Counted from the stretch's first letter, positions 1-9,715 are shown. The stretch is DNA of 64,000 nt from an uncultured Nitrososphaerota archaeon (GCA_963824385.1 CAWGPD010000004.1:128001-192000); one strand, 5' to 3'. The notes: a model not told the origin generated them from the sequence alone. Program-made: numbers and translations.

Positions 1-204
1 TTTAGCAATATGAAGAAAAGCTAAACCCTAGTTTTTTGTGGTGAATTTTCAAATTTTGAAATGTTACAAAATATCAATATCGGAGACAGGCACAGATAAT
101 CCCTAAAACCAGGTAGTTCATGCCCTAAAACCCTGGGGTATTGGACTAGAAGTTGATAGAAAACGCTCAAAATTTTCAGGATAAATGTTAGTGGACTCTA
201 TTTT

Positions 205-468
205 TCAGACAATAGATGTCCTTGCCATTTCTGGAATTTTTTCTCTTGCTTGAACAATTTCTATCTCCACAGTTTCAATTGGCTCATCCACTACATTTCG
301 TTTAATGGAGAACATCTTTGGCTTATCAAAATCTTTAGTGCAGTCGGGACATGCATAAACCAGAACCCTATATTCATTGGGAGCTTTTGGGTTTGAAAGG
401 CGAGGGTAGTAAACTAACCTGCCTCCACAATCCACGCAATATCTATTTGCGCGTCTTGTTCTGGCCAA
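205..468 (-). CDS. small zinc-ribbon protein (CxxC...CxxC)
   Basis: CVDCGG and CPDC motifs in an 87-aa ORF. Confidence 0.7.
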   Translation of the reverse strand: MARTRRANRYCVDCGGRLVYYPRLSNPKAPNEYRVLVYACPDCTKDFDKPKMFSIKRNVVDEPIETVEIEIVQAREKIPEMARTSIV

Positions 469-555
469 TGTGGACCTCCTGCATATACCATCATGATATG
501 ATCTATATTAGATCCATACAGTCTAATAGAATCAACCAATATGTGATCGCATTAC

Positions 556-666
556 AATATTTCATAACTCGAATTTAGAAATATACGATATTGAAACCTG
601 CAATTTCCTGTTCAAAGAATTACAGTAATCAAAAAGTAATGTTTCAAAACTCGAATTTAGAAATAT
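556..666. repeat. imperfect 29-bp direct repeat (19-bp exact core AACTCGAATTTAGAAATAT) next to the tRNA-Asn 3' end
   Basis: Copies at 556-584 and 638-666 with 2 mismatches, 82 bp apart. Confidence 0.8.
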
Positions 667-670
667 TAAG

Positions 671-744
671 CGCCGCCCGCCAGACTTGAACTGGCGACCC
701 GCTGGTTAACAGCCAGCTGCTCTACCACGCTGAGCTAGGGCGGC
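671..744 (-). tRNA. tRNA-Asn(GTT)
   Basis: Reverse complement GCCGCCCTAGCTCAGCGTGGTAGAGCAGCTGGCTGTTAACCAGCGGGTCGCCAGTTCAAGTCTGGCGGGCGGCG; GCCGCCC/GGGCGGC acceptor stem, GTT anticodon, TTCAA T-loop. Confidence 0.97.
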
Positions 745-789
745 AACAGACTTGTTCGTAGGATAAGCGGATTTATTCTTTGCTGAAAT

Positions 790-1348
790 CTATTTTTCGA
801 TCTTGTCGAGTTTCTCAAAAAGATAAAGTCCGTCAAGGAAGACTCGATGATCTTTATTTTTGACTTTGGTGTTTTGTTGCAATGCCCCAGCAGTCTGAGA
901 TACATCAGTCAGAACTGGACCAGTGATTACCACATCATCACCTTTTGGAACTACTTTGGTGTCACCAAATATTCTAGAGACTCTAGCCTGCACGTTCTCC
1001 TTGAAAGTTTTCCACGTGAATGTGACCATCTTTTACTTTAACTGTGATTGGAAAGTGTGCATATACAATTTTCATTTTAAAAGTATAGCCAGTCTGAACG
1101 CCCTTGATCAGCGTATTTACAATAGATTCTGCAGTTTTGAATATAGCATAATCTCGTTTTCTATCACCTAGAGATTTTAGGATGATGTTTTTCCCATCTA
1201 TTGCCAAATCTACAGGTATTTTTTTGAAAGTCTTTCTTGTTTTCCCTAGTGGTCCCTGGACATGCAATATTTTGTGACTTACAGATGCTTTTACTGCATC
1301 AGGAACTGGAATTGTTACTTCGTGTATCTCAACTTGCTTAGTAGACAT
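790..1348 (-). CDS. rpl6: 50S ribosomal protein uL6 (split by a 1-nt insertion near 988, probably an assembly error)
   Basis: N-part has V.GPLG and AHFPITV..ENFQGER; C-part has KNKDHRVFLDGLY in another frame; length is 3n+1. Confidence 0.93.
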
Positions 1349-1730
1349 ATCCTATCAATAGCCCTCCCAAGCCACTCTTTGATGCCTCGTGATGAGACAT
1401 TACTCCTTGATTAGTAGTTACAATCAACATACCACGCGAGTATGATGGCAGATATTGTTGTTCCCACTTTGCATAATCACCCTTCTTTACTTTGAATCGG
1501 GGTGTAATTGCGCCACATTTTGTAATTTTTGCCAACAATTGTATCTTAAACTTGCCACCTTTTTTATCATCTACATGTTCAAATTCTCCAATGTAATTAT
1601 GATGTTGAAGTGTCTTTAGCACATCAGTAGCAAGTTTGGATGTAGGTAAAACAAGACATTCTCCTTTTCTTCTTGCCTCCGTGTTATACAAGGTGACAAA
1701 CATGTTTGCTAGAATATTAGTTGCTGGCAT
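1338..1730 (-). CDS. rps8: 30S ribosomal protein uS8
   Basis: YIGEFEHVDDKKGGK, CGAITPRF, IVTTNQGVMSH motifs; operon position. Confidence 0.96.
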   Translation of the reverse strand: MPATNILANMFVTLYNTEARRKGECLVLPTSKLATDVLKTLQHHNYIGEFEHVDDKKGGKFKIQLLAKITKCGAITPRFKVKKGDYAKWEQQYLPSYSRGMLIVTTNQGVMSHHEASKSGLGGLLIGYVY

Positions 1731-1736
1731 TTTATA

Positions 1737-1913
1737 TCACTTAAATTTCCTAAACCCTAAAGAGTTTGCGACTTCTCTAAAGCACCGTCTGCAAAGATCT
1801 AGATCATATTTTTGAATTACAGCATTATAATCACCGCATCGCTTGCACCATCTGGAACCTTTTCCAAATGTATGGACTGTTCTGCCTGTTACTTTGTAAT
1901 CACGATTCTTCAT
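1737..1913 (-). CDS. rps14: 30S ribosomal protein uS14 (Zn-binding type; missing from the ORF track)
   Basis: Manual translation MKNRDYKVTGRTVHTFGKGSRWCKRCGDYNAVIQKYDLDLCRRCFREVANSLGFRKFK*; lies between L5 and S8. Confidence 0.96.
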   Translation of the reverse strand: MKNRDYKVTGRTVHTFGKGSRWCKRCGDYNAVIQKYDLDLCRRCFREVANSLGFRKFK

Positions 1914-1914
1914 G

Positions 1915-2436
1915 TTATACTACCTGAATTCCAAACTCATGGGTTAGAAATGCTTTTGCATCTTCAGCAGTGATGATATGTGTACGTCCCACACTTGCTT
2001 TGTGTTTGCTTCTAAATCTAATATTGAAACCTGGTCTTGTAAGTGAAATTGAGATATCCATACCCAAGATTCCTACTTGTGGATCATATTTTACTCCTGG
2101 AATGTCTATGTGTTCCTTAATACCAAATGAAAGATTACCAAAATTATCAAATGATGAGCCCTGAATTTGATTACCCTTTGCTGCAAATAGCCTCTTGATA
2201 AGTACAATTGCAGGTTCATCACGTATTGTTACTGCAACACCAATTGGTTCACCCTTGCGTACACCCCAATCACGATATGTAGCTTTGGCAGATCGTGTAG
2301 ATGGTTTTTGTCCTGAAATATGCTGTAGAGCAACCTTTGCTTTTTCAATTGGGTCACCAGATTTTCCTACACCCATATTCAAAACTACTTTAGCAATTGA
2401 AATTTTCTTCATTGGAGATTCTGTTTGTTGTGCCAT
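1915..2436 (-). CDS. rpl5: 50S ribosomal protein uL5
   Basis: KVVLNMGVG, WGVRKGEPIG, FDNFGNLSFGIKEHIDIPG motifs. Confidence 0.96.
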   Translation of the reverse strand: MAQQTESPMKKISIAKVVLNMGVGKSGDPIEKAKVALQHISGQKPSTRSAKATYRDWGVRKGEPIGVAVTIRDEPAIVLIKRLFAAKGNQIQGSSFDNFGNLSFGIKEHIDIPGVKYDPQVGILGMDISISLTRPGFNIRFRSKHKASVGRTHIITAEDAKAFLTHEFGIQVV

Positions 2437-2441
2437 ATCTA

Positions 2442-3158
2442 TCACTGAATTTGTATCACCGGTTTATCTGTACCTATTGCCATTACCAAATCAGATTGAA
2501 TTTCAATTTGTCTATCACCAAGATCAACATCTGCTCTTTTTGGTAAGACAAATGTTCCAGATTTTACCTCTGTAAGTTTGCCCATACGTCCTGCATTTAC
2601 TCCACTTGTAATCATAACTTGAACTCCTTCTTTGAGAGGAATAATATCAAGAATCTTAGTTTTTGGTGTTTCAATCACACATGTATCTCCAACGTTTACC
2701 TTTGCATCAGAAATTAGAGTTCTACCATCATGGAATCCTAATTGAGTTTTCTTGCCCCTAATAGTTACCTTTGAAGTGACTTTGAGTAATTTCTTTGTTT
2801 TATCAGATGAGTTAATCTTGATTGGTTTTAAGACAGTCAAATCTTTTGGAACAAGTCTGTAAATATCAGGAACACCATCAAGCTCTACAACATCCATCAA
2901 ACCAATTCCATGATGAAGTGATTTTCTTACAATGCCGTCTACTTTGACTTTACCTCCATATATGACAGATTTTGCTTCCCTTAACGATGTAGCAAGTTTT
3001 AGAGTATCACGGAGAAATACAGCAGTTGGAATTGATACATCTTTTTTATGACCACCGGGTTTTACTGTAACAACAAATCGTTTGTCTTTTCTTGTAATAC
3101 CCCAGAAAAGTGGAGCCATTTGTCTTTTTAGTTTTTTACTGCCAGAAATGCTAACCAT
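2442..3158 (-). CDS. rps4e: 30S ribosomal protein eS4
   Basis: KLKRQMAP.FW, FLRDTLKLA, KVDG.VR, IGLMDVV, FHDGRT motifs. Confidence 0.95.
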   Translation of the reverse strand: MVSISGSKKLKRQMAPLFWGITRKDKRFVVTVKPGGHKKDVSIPTAVFLRDTLKLATSLREAKSVIYGGKVKVDGIVRKSLHHGIGLMDVVELDGVPDIYRLVPKDLTVLKPIKINSSDKTKKLLKVTSKVTIRGKKTQLGFHDGRTLISDAKVNVGDTCVIETPKTKILDIIPLKEGVQVMITSGVNAGRMGKLTEVKSGTFVLPKRADVDLGDRQIEIQSDLVMAIGTDKPVIQIQ

Positions 3159-3685
3159 TACTTAGTCCCCTTTGGTTTTTCGGTTTGTGATTTATCTTTT
3201 TTATCAGTCATTTTAGTATCCTTTGTCTTTTCTTTGGCAGCCTCTTTTTGTTCTTTTGGTTTTGTCTCTTTTGGTTTTGTCTCTTTTGGTTTTGTCTCTT
3301 TTGGTTCTGCTGCAGTTTCAGACTTAGGAGTCTTTGTTTTTTGTCCCTCTAATCTGTTTTGTCTCCATTTGTCTTCAAGATTTAATGAAGTAATAACAAC
3401 ATTTGATGGATGAATGAAAATGTCTACATTTCCACCCTTGAGTTTTTCACGTTTTATTCCCTCTATAGCAATTCCCCTCCTTTCTGTAGAAACACGAGTA
3501 ACTTTACCTTCAATTCCTTTGAATTCACCACGTAATACTTTAACACTGTCACCTTCGATAACACGCATGCTTTTACAATGATGTTTTTCTTTAAGATCTT
3601 TAGCAAGGTGAGACCCAAGTTGTTTGCTAAGCAAGTGTTTTGATGCAGTGTAAAGCATTCTTTTTCGGATTGTTGTTGGCTTCAT
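3158..3685 (-). CDS. rpl24: 50S ribosomal protein uL24 with a Lys/Glu/Pro-rich C-terminal tail
   Basis: KOW motif GDSVKVLRGEFKG, IHPSNVVIT; likely ATG at 3685. Confidence 0.94.
   Translation of the reverse strand: MKPTTIRKRMLYTASKHLLSKQLGSHLAKDLKEKHHCKSMRVIEGDSVKVLRGEFKGIEGKVTRVSTERRGIAIEGIKREKLKGGNVDIFIHPSNVVITSLNLEDKWRQNRLEGQKTKTPKSETAAEPKETKPKETKPKETKPKEQKEAAKEKTKDTKMTDKKDKSQTEKPKGTK
3252..3306. repeat. 15-bp coding tandem repeat (TCTTTTGGTTTTGTC x3.7) encoding PKETK
   Basis: Exact repeats visible in the rpl24 tail. Confidence 0.9.
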
Positions 3686-3686
3686 A

Positions 3687-4124
3687 TTATACCACCATAG
3701 ATGCCAAGTTTGCAATTCTTGGATACTTTTCAGCGGCCTCGACTGCTACTGGTCCTTTGATTTCAGTACCTTTGATTTCACCCTCTGGTGTTACAAGTAC
3801 TGCAGCATTATCTTCAAATGTTACACGTGTTCCATTCAATCGTCTTACCGCATATTTTTGTCTAACAATAACAGCACCAAATATTTGTCCTCTAAGTTCA
3901 CCAGGACCTTTCTTAACTACTACATTACAAAAGTCGCCAACAGCTGCTGCAGGATAACGAGCAACTCTAGTTTTTGTTTTTTGAACCATCACAATTTCAA
4001 GAATCTTTGCACCAGTGTTATCTGCACATACTACTTGAGCTCCTAATGGAAGTGCTCTTGTAACATATGGTCTGAATTCTTGAACTCCTTTTGCTGATAC
4101 TGCACGACTTTTTGTTTGAGCCAT
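3687..4124 (-). CDS. rpl14: 50S ribosomal protein uL14
   Basis: CADNTGAK, FEDNAAVLV, KGTEIKGPVA motifs. Confidence 0.97.
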   Translation of the reverse strand: MAQTKSRAVSAKGVQEFRPYVTRALPLGAQVVCADNTGAKILEIVMVQKTKTRVARYPAAAVGDFCNVVVKKGPGELRGQIFGAVIVRQKYAVRRLNGTRVTFEDNAAVLVTPEGEIKGTEIKGPVAVEAAEKYPRIANLASMVV

Positions 4125-4447
4125 TATGATACTACCTCAACTACAACAAAAGAGACACTTTTTGAAATTGGTCTGCATTCAGCTGTAAGAACAATGTCAC
4201 CTTCTTTTACATCAATGCATTGAGGTCTGTGTGCATGTAACTTGCTTTGACTTCTAGCATATCTCTTTAACTTGATATCAAATCTTGGGAATTCTTGTTG
4301 TACTACGACAGTTTTTGGAGCTTTGGCACTAACTACTTTTCCTTGAACTAGTTTACCTCTAACACTTAGAACTCCATGAAATGGGCACAGGTCATCGTTG
4401 CATTCTGATTTTGGTACTTTAACTTGCAAGCCTATGTTTTTGGTCAT
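4124..4447 (-). CDS. rps17: 30S ribosomal protein uS17
   Basis: CPFHG.LSVRG, GDIVLTAECRPISKSVSF motifs. Confidence 0.96.
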   Translation of the reverse strand: MTKNIGLQVKVPKSECNDDLCPFHGVLSVRGKLVQGKVVSAKAPKTVVVQQEFPRFDIKLKRYARSQSKLHAHRPQCIDVKEGDIVLTAECRPISKSVSFVVVEVVS

Positions 4448-4710
4448 GCTTTTACTCCCATTCTTTCATATGATCTTTTTGAAATTGATTTTCCAGCTAC
4501 AATTGAAGTTACTCCATTTAGATTAAATTTCCACATGGAATTCATTTTTGGCATGTGTTTTATGCCAGTGGAGGTTTCAATAGCAAACATAGATTTAGTT
4601 TCATCGATTATTTTTCCATGTAATCCTACCACTTGAGAATTATTAGATTCTAAAATAGTGGTTTCAAGTCCAATTAATTCATGACGTGCTATATTTTCAG
4701 TTGTAATCAT
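4444..4710 (-). CDS. rnp1: ribonuclease P protein component 1 (Rpp29/Pop4)
   Basis: HELIGL...G.IIDETK motif; conserved position between L29 and S17. Confidence 0.92.
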   Translation of the reverse strand: MITTENIARHELIGLETTILESNNSQVVGLHGKIIDETKSMFAIETSTGIKHMPKMNSMWKFNLNGVTSIVAGKSISKRSYERMGVKA

Positions 4711-4910
4711 TTGGTTTTCAGCTCATTTAATCTAGTTAATACTCTTGCGATGTCTCTTCGAAGTGGCTTTACTTTACCACTATCTTTTCGTAATGTTCCC
4801 TTGGATGCCTCGATTTTTAATTTAGTTAGCTCAGAACGTAGTTGACCCAGTCTATCCTTAAGATCAGTCTCGTTAAATTCTCTTACAGTCTTCATCTTTA
4901 TTCGGGCCAT
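4707..4910 (-). CDS. rpl29: 50S ribosomal protein uL29
   Basis: LRRDIARVLT motif; size and operon position. Confidence 0.93.
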   Translation of the reverse strand: MARIKMKTVREFNETDLKDRLGQLRSELTKLKIEASKGTLRKDSGKVKPLRRDIARVLTRLNELKTK

Positions 4911-5671
4911 TACTTGAGCTCCTCTTCTACCTCTTCAAAGGTTTCCACTTTTTCAATTAATTTTTCTTCTAATTCAATAACTTCACTTTCTGTACGTGGT
5001 TTTGTTGGGTCAATTTGTGCTTCCTCTACAATTTCAATCTCCAATGGAACTTCCTCGACTATGGGTTTTGCTTCTTTCTTGATTGCCTTTAATTCAAATT
5101 CTGGAATGAATCTTTCTTTTCTTGCAATTCTAATTCTGACCCCAATAAGACCCATTTTTGTCTGAACATGTGCAATATCTTCTGAAACTATTACCTCTGC
5201 GGCATGACCAGCACGTGGAAGTATACCTTTACTATGTTTTTCAAAGCTAGAACGATCACCTCTTAATTTACCTGAAGTTGTGATTTGTACACCCATTGCA
5301 CCTGCTTCCATGATTGTCTGCATTGTCCACATTACGGCTCGTCTAAATGCAGTACCTCTTGCAAGGTGTTGTGACATTCTATTACACATTACGCTAGGTT
5401 CAAGTTCTGGTTTTACAATTTCAATTACAGATATCTGTGGATTTTTAAGACCAAAGTCTTTTTCCAAAACTGCAGTAAGATCTCTTATTCCACTTCCTTT
5501 TCTTCCAATTACTATTCCAGGTCTTGTAACGTGCAATCCAACTCTGGTTCCAGTTGGAGTTTTTTGAATATCAACTTCTGAAAAACCTGCTTCTTTGATT
5601 GCTTCTCGTAGATAATCCTTCAAGAGCATTAATTTGTAACTATCATTGATGACATTTTTGACTGATGACAT
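4910..5671 (-). CDS. rps3: 30S ribosomal protein uS3
   Basis: KH motif RPGIVIGRKG, SGKLRGDR, KMGLIGVRIRI; own ATG at 5671. Confidence 0.95.
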   Translation of the reverse strand: MSSVKNVINDSYKLMLLKDYLREAIKEAGFSEVDIQKTPTGTRVGLHVTRPGIVIGRKGSGIRDLTAVLEKDFGLKNPQISVIEIVKPELEPSVMCNRMSQHLARGTAFRRAVMWTMQTIMEAGAMGVQITTSGKLRGDRSSFEKHSKGILPRAGHAAEVIVSEDIAHVQTKMGLIGVRIRIARKERFIPEFELKAIKKEAKPIVEEVPLEIEIVEEAQIDPTKPRTESEVIELEEKLIEKVETFEEVEEELK

Positions 5672-5673
5672 TT

Positions 5674-6130
5674 CTACAATTCCTGAGCTACTGAGCTCAA
5701 CATGAGTAAGAATATCTATTTTGGGCGATGATCTTCCCATTGCACGTGGAGTAGATCTTTTAAGTTTTCTACCTTTGTGAACAGTCGCATTAACTATTTT
5801 TAATCTATCAAGATCCATACCGCGGTATTCAGCATTTGACTCTAAATTATCAAGCAGTCTGAGAAATTCATTTGCTGCTTTTTCTGGATATCTTCCAGAC
5901 ATCACACCAGTATCGGATTTGTGACCAACTTCATTATTATATCTCTTAAATGGCACAGCACGTTCCAATCGTGTAACAGACTGGAGAAAACTTCTTGCAG
6001 ATTCTATAGACATGCCTTTTATGTGATGCCCAATTTCTCTTGCATGTTTGTGAGAAATAGTTTTTTCTCTTAACGCAGAACGTACGTGTCTTGTTTTATC
6101 ATAATTTTGGAAAGCGTAGTCAAAATGCAT
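5674..6130 (-). CDS. rpl22: 50S ribosomal protein uL22 (1-nt insertion near 5692 reads through into rps3)
   Basis: GRYPEKAA, LLDNLESNAEY, PRAMGRS motifs; removing one base gives ...HVELVAQEL-TAG at 5674-5676. Confidence 0.93.
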
Positions 6131-6135
6131 AGATA

Positions 6136-6531
6136 TCACTTTAATGGCACATACAAGCTAGACCTTGATGCTCCCACACCAGGTGCTCCATGAACGACTC
6201 TCTTGTTGGTTAATACAAACTCTCCAAGATAATGTCCAACCATCTCTGGTCTGATTACTACGGGTTTGAATTCTTTTCCTGAATAAACATGAATTGTAAG
6301 ACCTGTAAAATATGGCAAAATTATAACGTCTCTAAGATGGGTTTTGATTTGTGTGCCAGTCTTTCCAGCGTTTGCAGCTTTGACTTCTTCGAGAAGTTTG
6401 CGCTTACCGTCTGTAATTCCTCTTGTAAGTGATCTTCTAGCTCTAGATGGCAAGAGTTTAAAGAGATTTTCTAATGACAGGGCCTTTAATTCTTCGATCT
6501 GAAGACCTCGATACTTGTATTCTTTAACCAT
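6136..6531 (-). CDS. rps19: 30S ribosomal protein uS19
   Basis: KTHLRD.IILP, EMVGHYLGEF, GASRSSLYVPLK motifs. Confidence 0.96.
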   Translation of the reverse strand: MVKEYKYRGLQIEELKALSLENLFKLLPSRARRSLTRGITDGKRKLLEEVKAANAGKTGTQIKTHLRDVIILPYFTGLTIHVYSGKEFKPVVIRPEMVGHYLGEFVLTNKRVVHGAPGVGASRSSLYVPLK

Positions 6532-6572
6532 TTATTCTCACCATTACTTTAGTTGATTCAAGACTGACCATA

Positions 6573-6839
6573 TTATAGCATTCCTATCTTTGTAGCCAAG
6601 TCTCTTGCCTTTTCAACTGTCTGAAATTTTACAAATGCTTTTTTGCCATATATTGTTCTGCAGATATTTACCCTAATTGGATCCTCTTTGTAAAGAAGAG
6701 TTATTGCCTCTACAATTTTTGGCTTGGTTGCTTCTTCTTTTACCAGGAAACAGATTCTGCTTTGATTTTCAACTAGTGCAAATGTCTTTTCTGTAATGTA
6801 CGGTTTCAAAATTATGTGATTTGCTTCTTCAACATTCAT
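6573..6839 (-). CDS. rpl23: 50S ribosomal protein uL23
   Basis: PYITEKT, GKKAFVKF, LATKIG motifs. Confidence 0.94.
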   Translation of the reverse strand: MNVEEANHIILKPYITEKTFALVENQSRICFLVKEEATKPKIVEAITLLYKEDPIRVNICRTIYGKKAFVKFQTVEKARDLATKIGML

Positions 6840-7648
6840 TTTGTAGTCACCATAATTTCAAGATGAGGAGATTTTATTTTAGAAATTTCTTCAATGGCAC
6901 CCTTTGAAAATATTGTCAATCGGATTGGTCTTGCACCGGGAGCCAAGTCAAGTACGCTGACATTTTTTACATTTACTACATCTACTCCCAAAATAGAGCC
7001 TGCAGCTTTAGCAAGGTTCTTGGAATCTCTTACTACGAGCAATACACTCTTGCCTATCTTTGCTTGTCTGCCCCTAAGACGAGGTTTTCCTGTACGAGCT
7101 TTTCTCTCTTTTAGTCTATCAATATCTTGAGATAGATGTAAAGCATCGAAAATCTTTGCCAACTCTTTTGATTTGAATACAGATTCAATTTGATCAGAAA
7201 CAACTATTGGAAATGAATTTATTTTATCGACTTTGTGACCTCTAAGCTTTACCAAAGTAGCCGAAGTTGTTGCAGCCAATGCAGTACAAAGTGCAAGTCT
7301 ATTTTCTTTCTTGTTTAGCATTTTGTGTACTACTTTTTCTGAAGTTGGAGGATGCGCTTGTCTTCCCTTACGGGTCATTGCAACACCACCAGCTTGGCCT
7401 TGTCTTCCACCTCCACCGCCTGCCATTCTTGCAACTCTTGCTTGGTGATGACCGGTTGGAGGACTGTTTGATTCTGCAACCACATCCATACCTGCGTTTG
7501 GATATCTTCCTTGTCTTTGAAATCCGTGAGATTCCAAGTGGAGATATGCTTTGTGGATTAGCTCATTTCTAATTGGAGTTGAAAATACTAGAGGCAATTC
7601 AATGTCGCCATCGTTTGAACCCGTAGTTGAAAATACTGGAACTTTCAT
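6836..7648 (-). CDS. rpl4: 50S ribosomal protein uL4
   Basis: LPLVFSTPIR, GRQAHPP, LDLAPGARP.RLT motifs. Confidence 0.96.
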   Translation of the reverse strand: MKVPVFSTTGSNDGDIELPLVFSTPIRNELIHKAYLHLESHGFQRQGRYPNAGMDVVAESNSPPTGHHQARVARMAGGGGGRQGQAGGVAMTRKGRQAHPPTSEKVVHKMLNKKENRLALCTALAATTSATLVKLRGHKVDKINSFPIVVSDQIESVFKSKELAKIFDALHLSQDIDRLKERKARTGKPRLRGRQAKIGKSVLLVVRDSKNLAKAAGSILGVDVVNVKNVSVLDLAPGARPIRLTIFSKGAIEEISKIKSPHLEIMVTTK

Positions 7649-8643
7649 TTGTTAATCATAACCTCTAGTATTTTTGGTTGTGTAACCTTTGTTAATTTTG
7701 GTCTAACAGGAGCACGAAGTTTTACTAATCTTCTATAAGTTCCTGGAATTGAACCACGTATTACAACATAATCACCCTGAACTACTCCAAAGTGTTTGTA
7801 ACCACCTGTTGGGTTTATTTTTAATTCTTCATTTTCAGTGTTACTCATTATCATGATTCTATTATTATACTGAATTCTTTGATGGAAACCTCGTTGACCA
7901 GCTCTTGGAACAGTGTACATGATAGTTGAAGGACTGATTGGACCTAGTGTACCAAGAGCTCTAACACTCTTTCGTGATTTGTGTTGTTTCTTTTTGACAC
8001 CCCATCTTGTAATCGGACCTTCAATACCTTTTCCTTTGGTAATAGCTGCAATATCAACTTCGACCCCCTTCTGAAATACTTGATCAATTTTGACTTCTTT
8101 TCCCAATAGATTTTTTATAAACGCAAATTGTTTTAGAATGTCGCCACCTTTTACTGAAACTTCAAAAACATATGGCTTCTTTTGTTCAAGTCCTGCTTTA
8201 CGTGGAAGAATAGCTGCAATTGCAAAGAGTTCATCAATGTGATTAAGTAATTTTTCTGCTTTTTCAATTCCTTTTTCATCGGGTTTTGTTTTGAAAAGTC
8301 TTGAAAGTTCTTTTGGTAAATCTTTTGCATAAACATCAAAAGTTGAATCAACTCCATATCTATCTCTAGAATAACCGCGTATTCCAATTATAGACATTGG
8401 CGGTGTAACAACTACTGTACCAAGTCCGACAAGCTGTTTTCCAAAATTAGGAGTCTTTTCACGATCATCAATACTTGCTATACGCATACATGCTGCCTTG
8501 AAACCAGCATAACCTAATAGCTTTGGCTGATCTGCTTTGACATCTGGCCAAGTTCTAATTCTGGCTTCCATGCTCTTCGCTCTAGCCCTTGGTAAATATG
8601 CAAGGCTTCCCCTCCTAGGTTGACTATGCTTCCTATGACCCAT
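7645..8643 (-). CDS. rpl3: 50S ribosomal protein uL3
   Basis: PRRGSLAYLPR, ITKGKG..GPITRWG, VPRAGQRGFHQR motifs. Confidence 0.97.
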   Translation of the reverse strand: MGHRKHSQPRRGSLAYLPRARAKSMEARIRTWPDVKADQPKLLGYAGFKAACMRIASIDDREKTPNFGKQLVGLGTVVVTPPMSIIGIRGYSRDRYGVDSTFDVYAKDLPKELSRLFKTKPDEKGIEKAEKLLNHIDELFAIAAILPRKAGLEQKKPYVFEVSVKGGDILKQFAFIKNLLGKEVKIDQVFQKGVEVDIAAITKGKGIEGPITRWGVKKKQHKSRKSVRALGTLGPISPSTIMYTVPRAGQRGFHQRIQYNNRIMIMSNTENEELKINPTGGYKHFGVVQGDYVVIRGSIPGTYRRLVKLRAPVRPKLTKVTQPKILEVMINK

Positions 8644-8723
8644 AGATAAATGGCAATTGTCGAAAACCCCATTATAAGTCTATAAGCGAAAAAGAGTAAA
8701 AATTTGATTTTTAAATTGAGATC

Positions 8724-8828
8724 TTAGTGCAAAAAATGCATTATGCTTGAAATCATGACAATACTTCCAATTAGAATTCCTGCAACACCTGCAATAATTC
8801 CAAAAAGTAAAAATTTTTTTTTCTCCAA
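8724..8828 (-). CDS. putative 34-aa single-pass membrane microprotein
   Basis: Manual translation from TTG: MEKKKFLLFGIIAGVAGILIGSIVMISSIMHFLH*; basic N-terminus plus a hydrophobic helix with GxxxG spacing. Confidence 0.45.
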   Translation of the reverse strand: MEKKKFLLFGIIAGVAGILIGSIVMISSIMHFLH

Positions 8829-8860
8829 TATTTTCTTACCAATCCAGATCCATATTAAAA

Positions 8861-9677
8861 CTAGTTACGAGTCAGAGTATTCAAGACTGCAAGAGTTCCA
8901 AGAATGGCCTCTTCCAGTCTGACAGTTTCTGTTGCTTGGTCTGGAAAGAAATTCAACACTTGCGATCTTGGGATATTGCCAATATTTTTTCCCAAGATTC
9001 TCATGAACCCCTTTTTTGGGAGAACCAAAAACAATCAAGACGTTTTCGTGAGAGATTTCGTCAAAATATTTTTGAGTTTTATGTATGATTTTGCCTTTTC
9101 TTGATGTAAGTATAACAGGTGAACCCCAAGTGCTAAGAAAATTAGCAAGATTGGATATCTCTTTTACATCATAGCCCCAATACTGTGAAATCTCTTCTTT
9201 TCCAATCTGTTTTATGGAAAATTTTGGATACCCTTCCTTGAATTGAACTATAATCCTCTTTCCTTCTTCGTCTTTGCCATAATATGGGATTAATTCTTCA
9301 AAACCAACGTTTACAAATTTTCCTCCTCTTGAATATACAACAACACCATCTCTGATATCTCGTGCTTTGACTTTTTTTGGATCAGTTGTTTGTACATGGG
9401 ATGGAATCTTGAGCGGGCTAAGACTGCCAGCAAATTGCAGGTCACTGCTCATAGGGTAAAGCATTCTGCGAAGATATTGTGGTGTTTCAAGGTAACGAAG
9501 TATAGTTCTAAGTAATGATCTATCTCTGTCAGAGCCGCTAGATTCTTTGTAGATGTAAATTTCGTTTACATGAAATATTGAACAAGCCCTTGCAATCTGA
9601 GATATCTTCATTGCTTTGTCAAGAGGAGTGGGCTCTTCAGATAGTGACGAATCAGGAAGCGCTATTGAAATTTTCAA
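8861..9677 (-). CDS. SPOUT-class RNA methyltransferase (DUF171/MTH1-like); frameshift near 9000
   Basis: IARACSIF, LRYLETPQYLRR, LIVFGSP; conserved C-terminal NFFPDQATETVRLEEAILGTLAVLN is in the adjacent frame. Confidence 0.88.
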
Positions 9678-9715
9678 TGTGTACTCTAGATCGTTGCGTT
9701 ATAAAATATTAGGTG

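Noticed and set aside
101..132. CCCTAAAACC repeated at 101 and 123
   Set aside because: Only two 10-bp copies; no ORB consensus, cdc6 gene or array; upstream context is outside the window
556..666. Repeat-spacer-repeat as a mini CRISPR
   Set aside because: Only two imperfect copies, a 53-bp spacer, and no cas genes in the window
6532..6572. Absence of rpl2 between rpl23 and rps19, and of post-L6 genes
   Set aside because: Splitting of the ribosomal cluster is common in TACK archaea, so this is no evidence of gene loss
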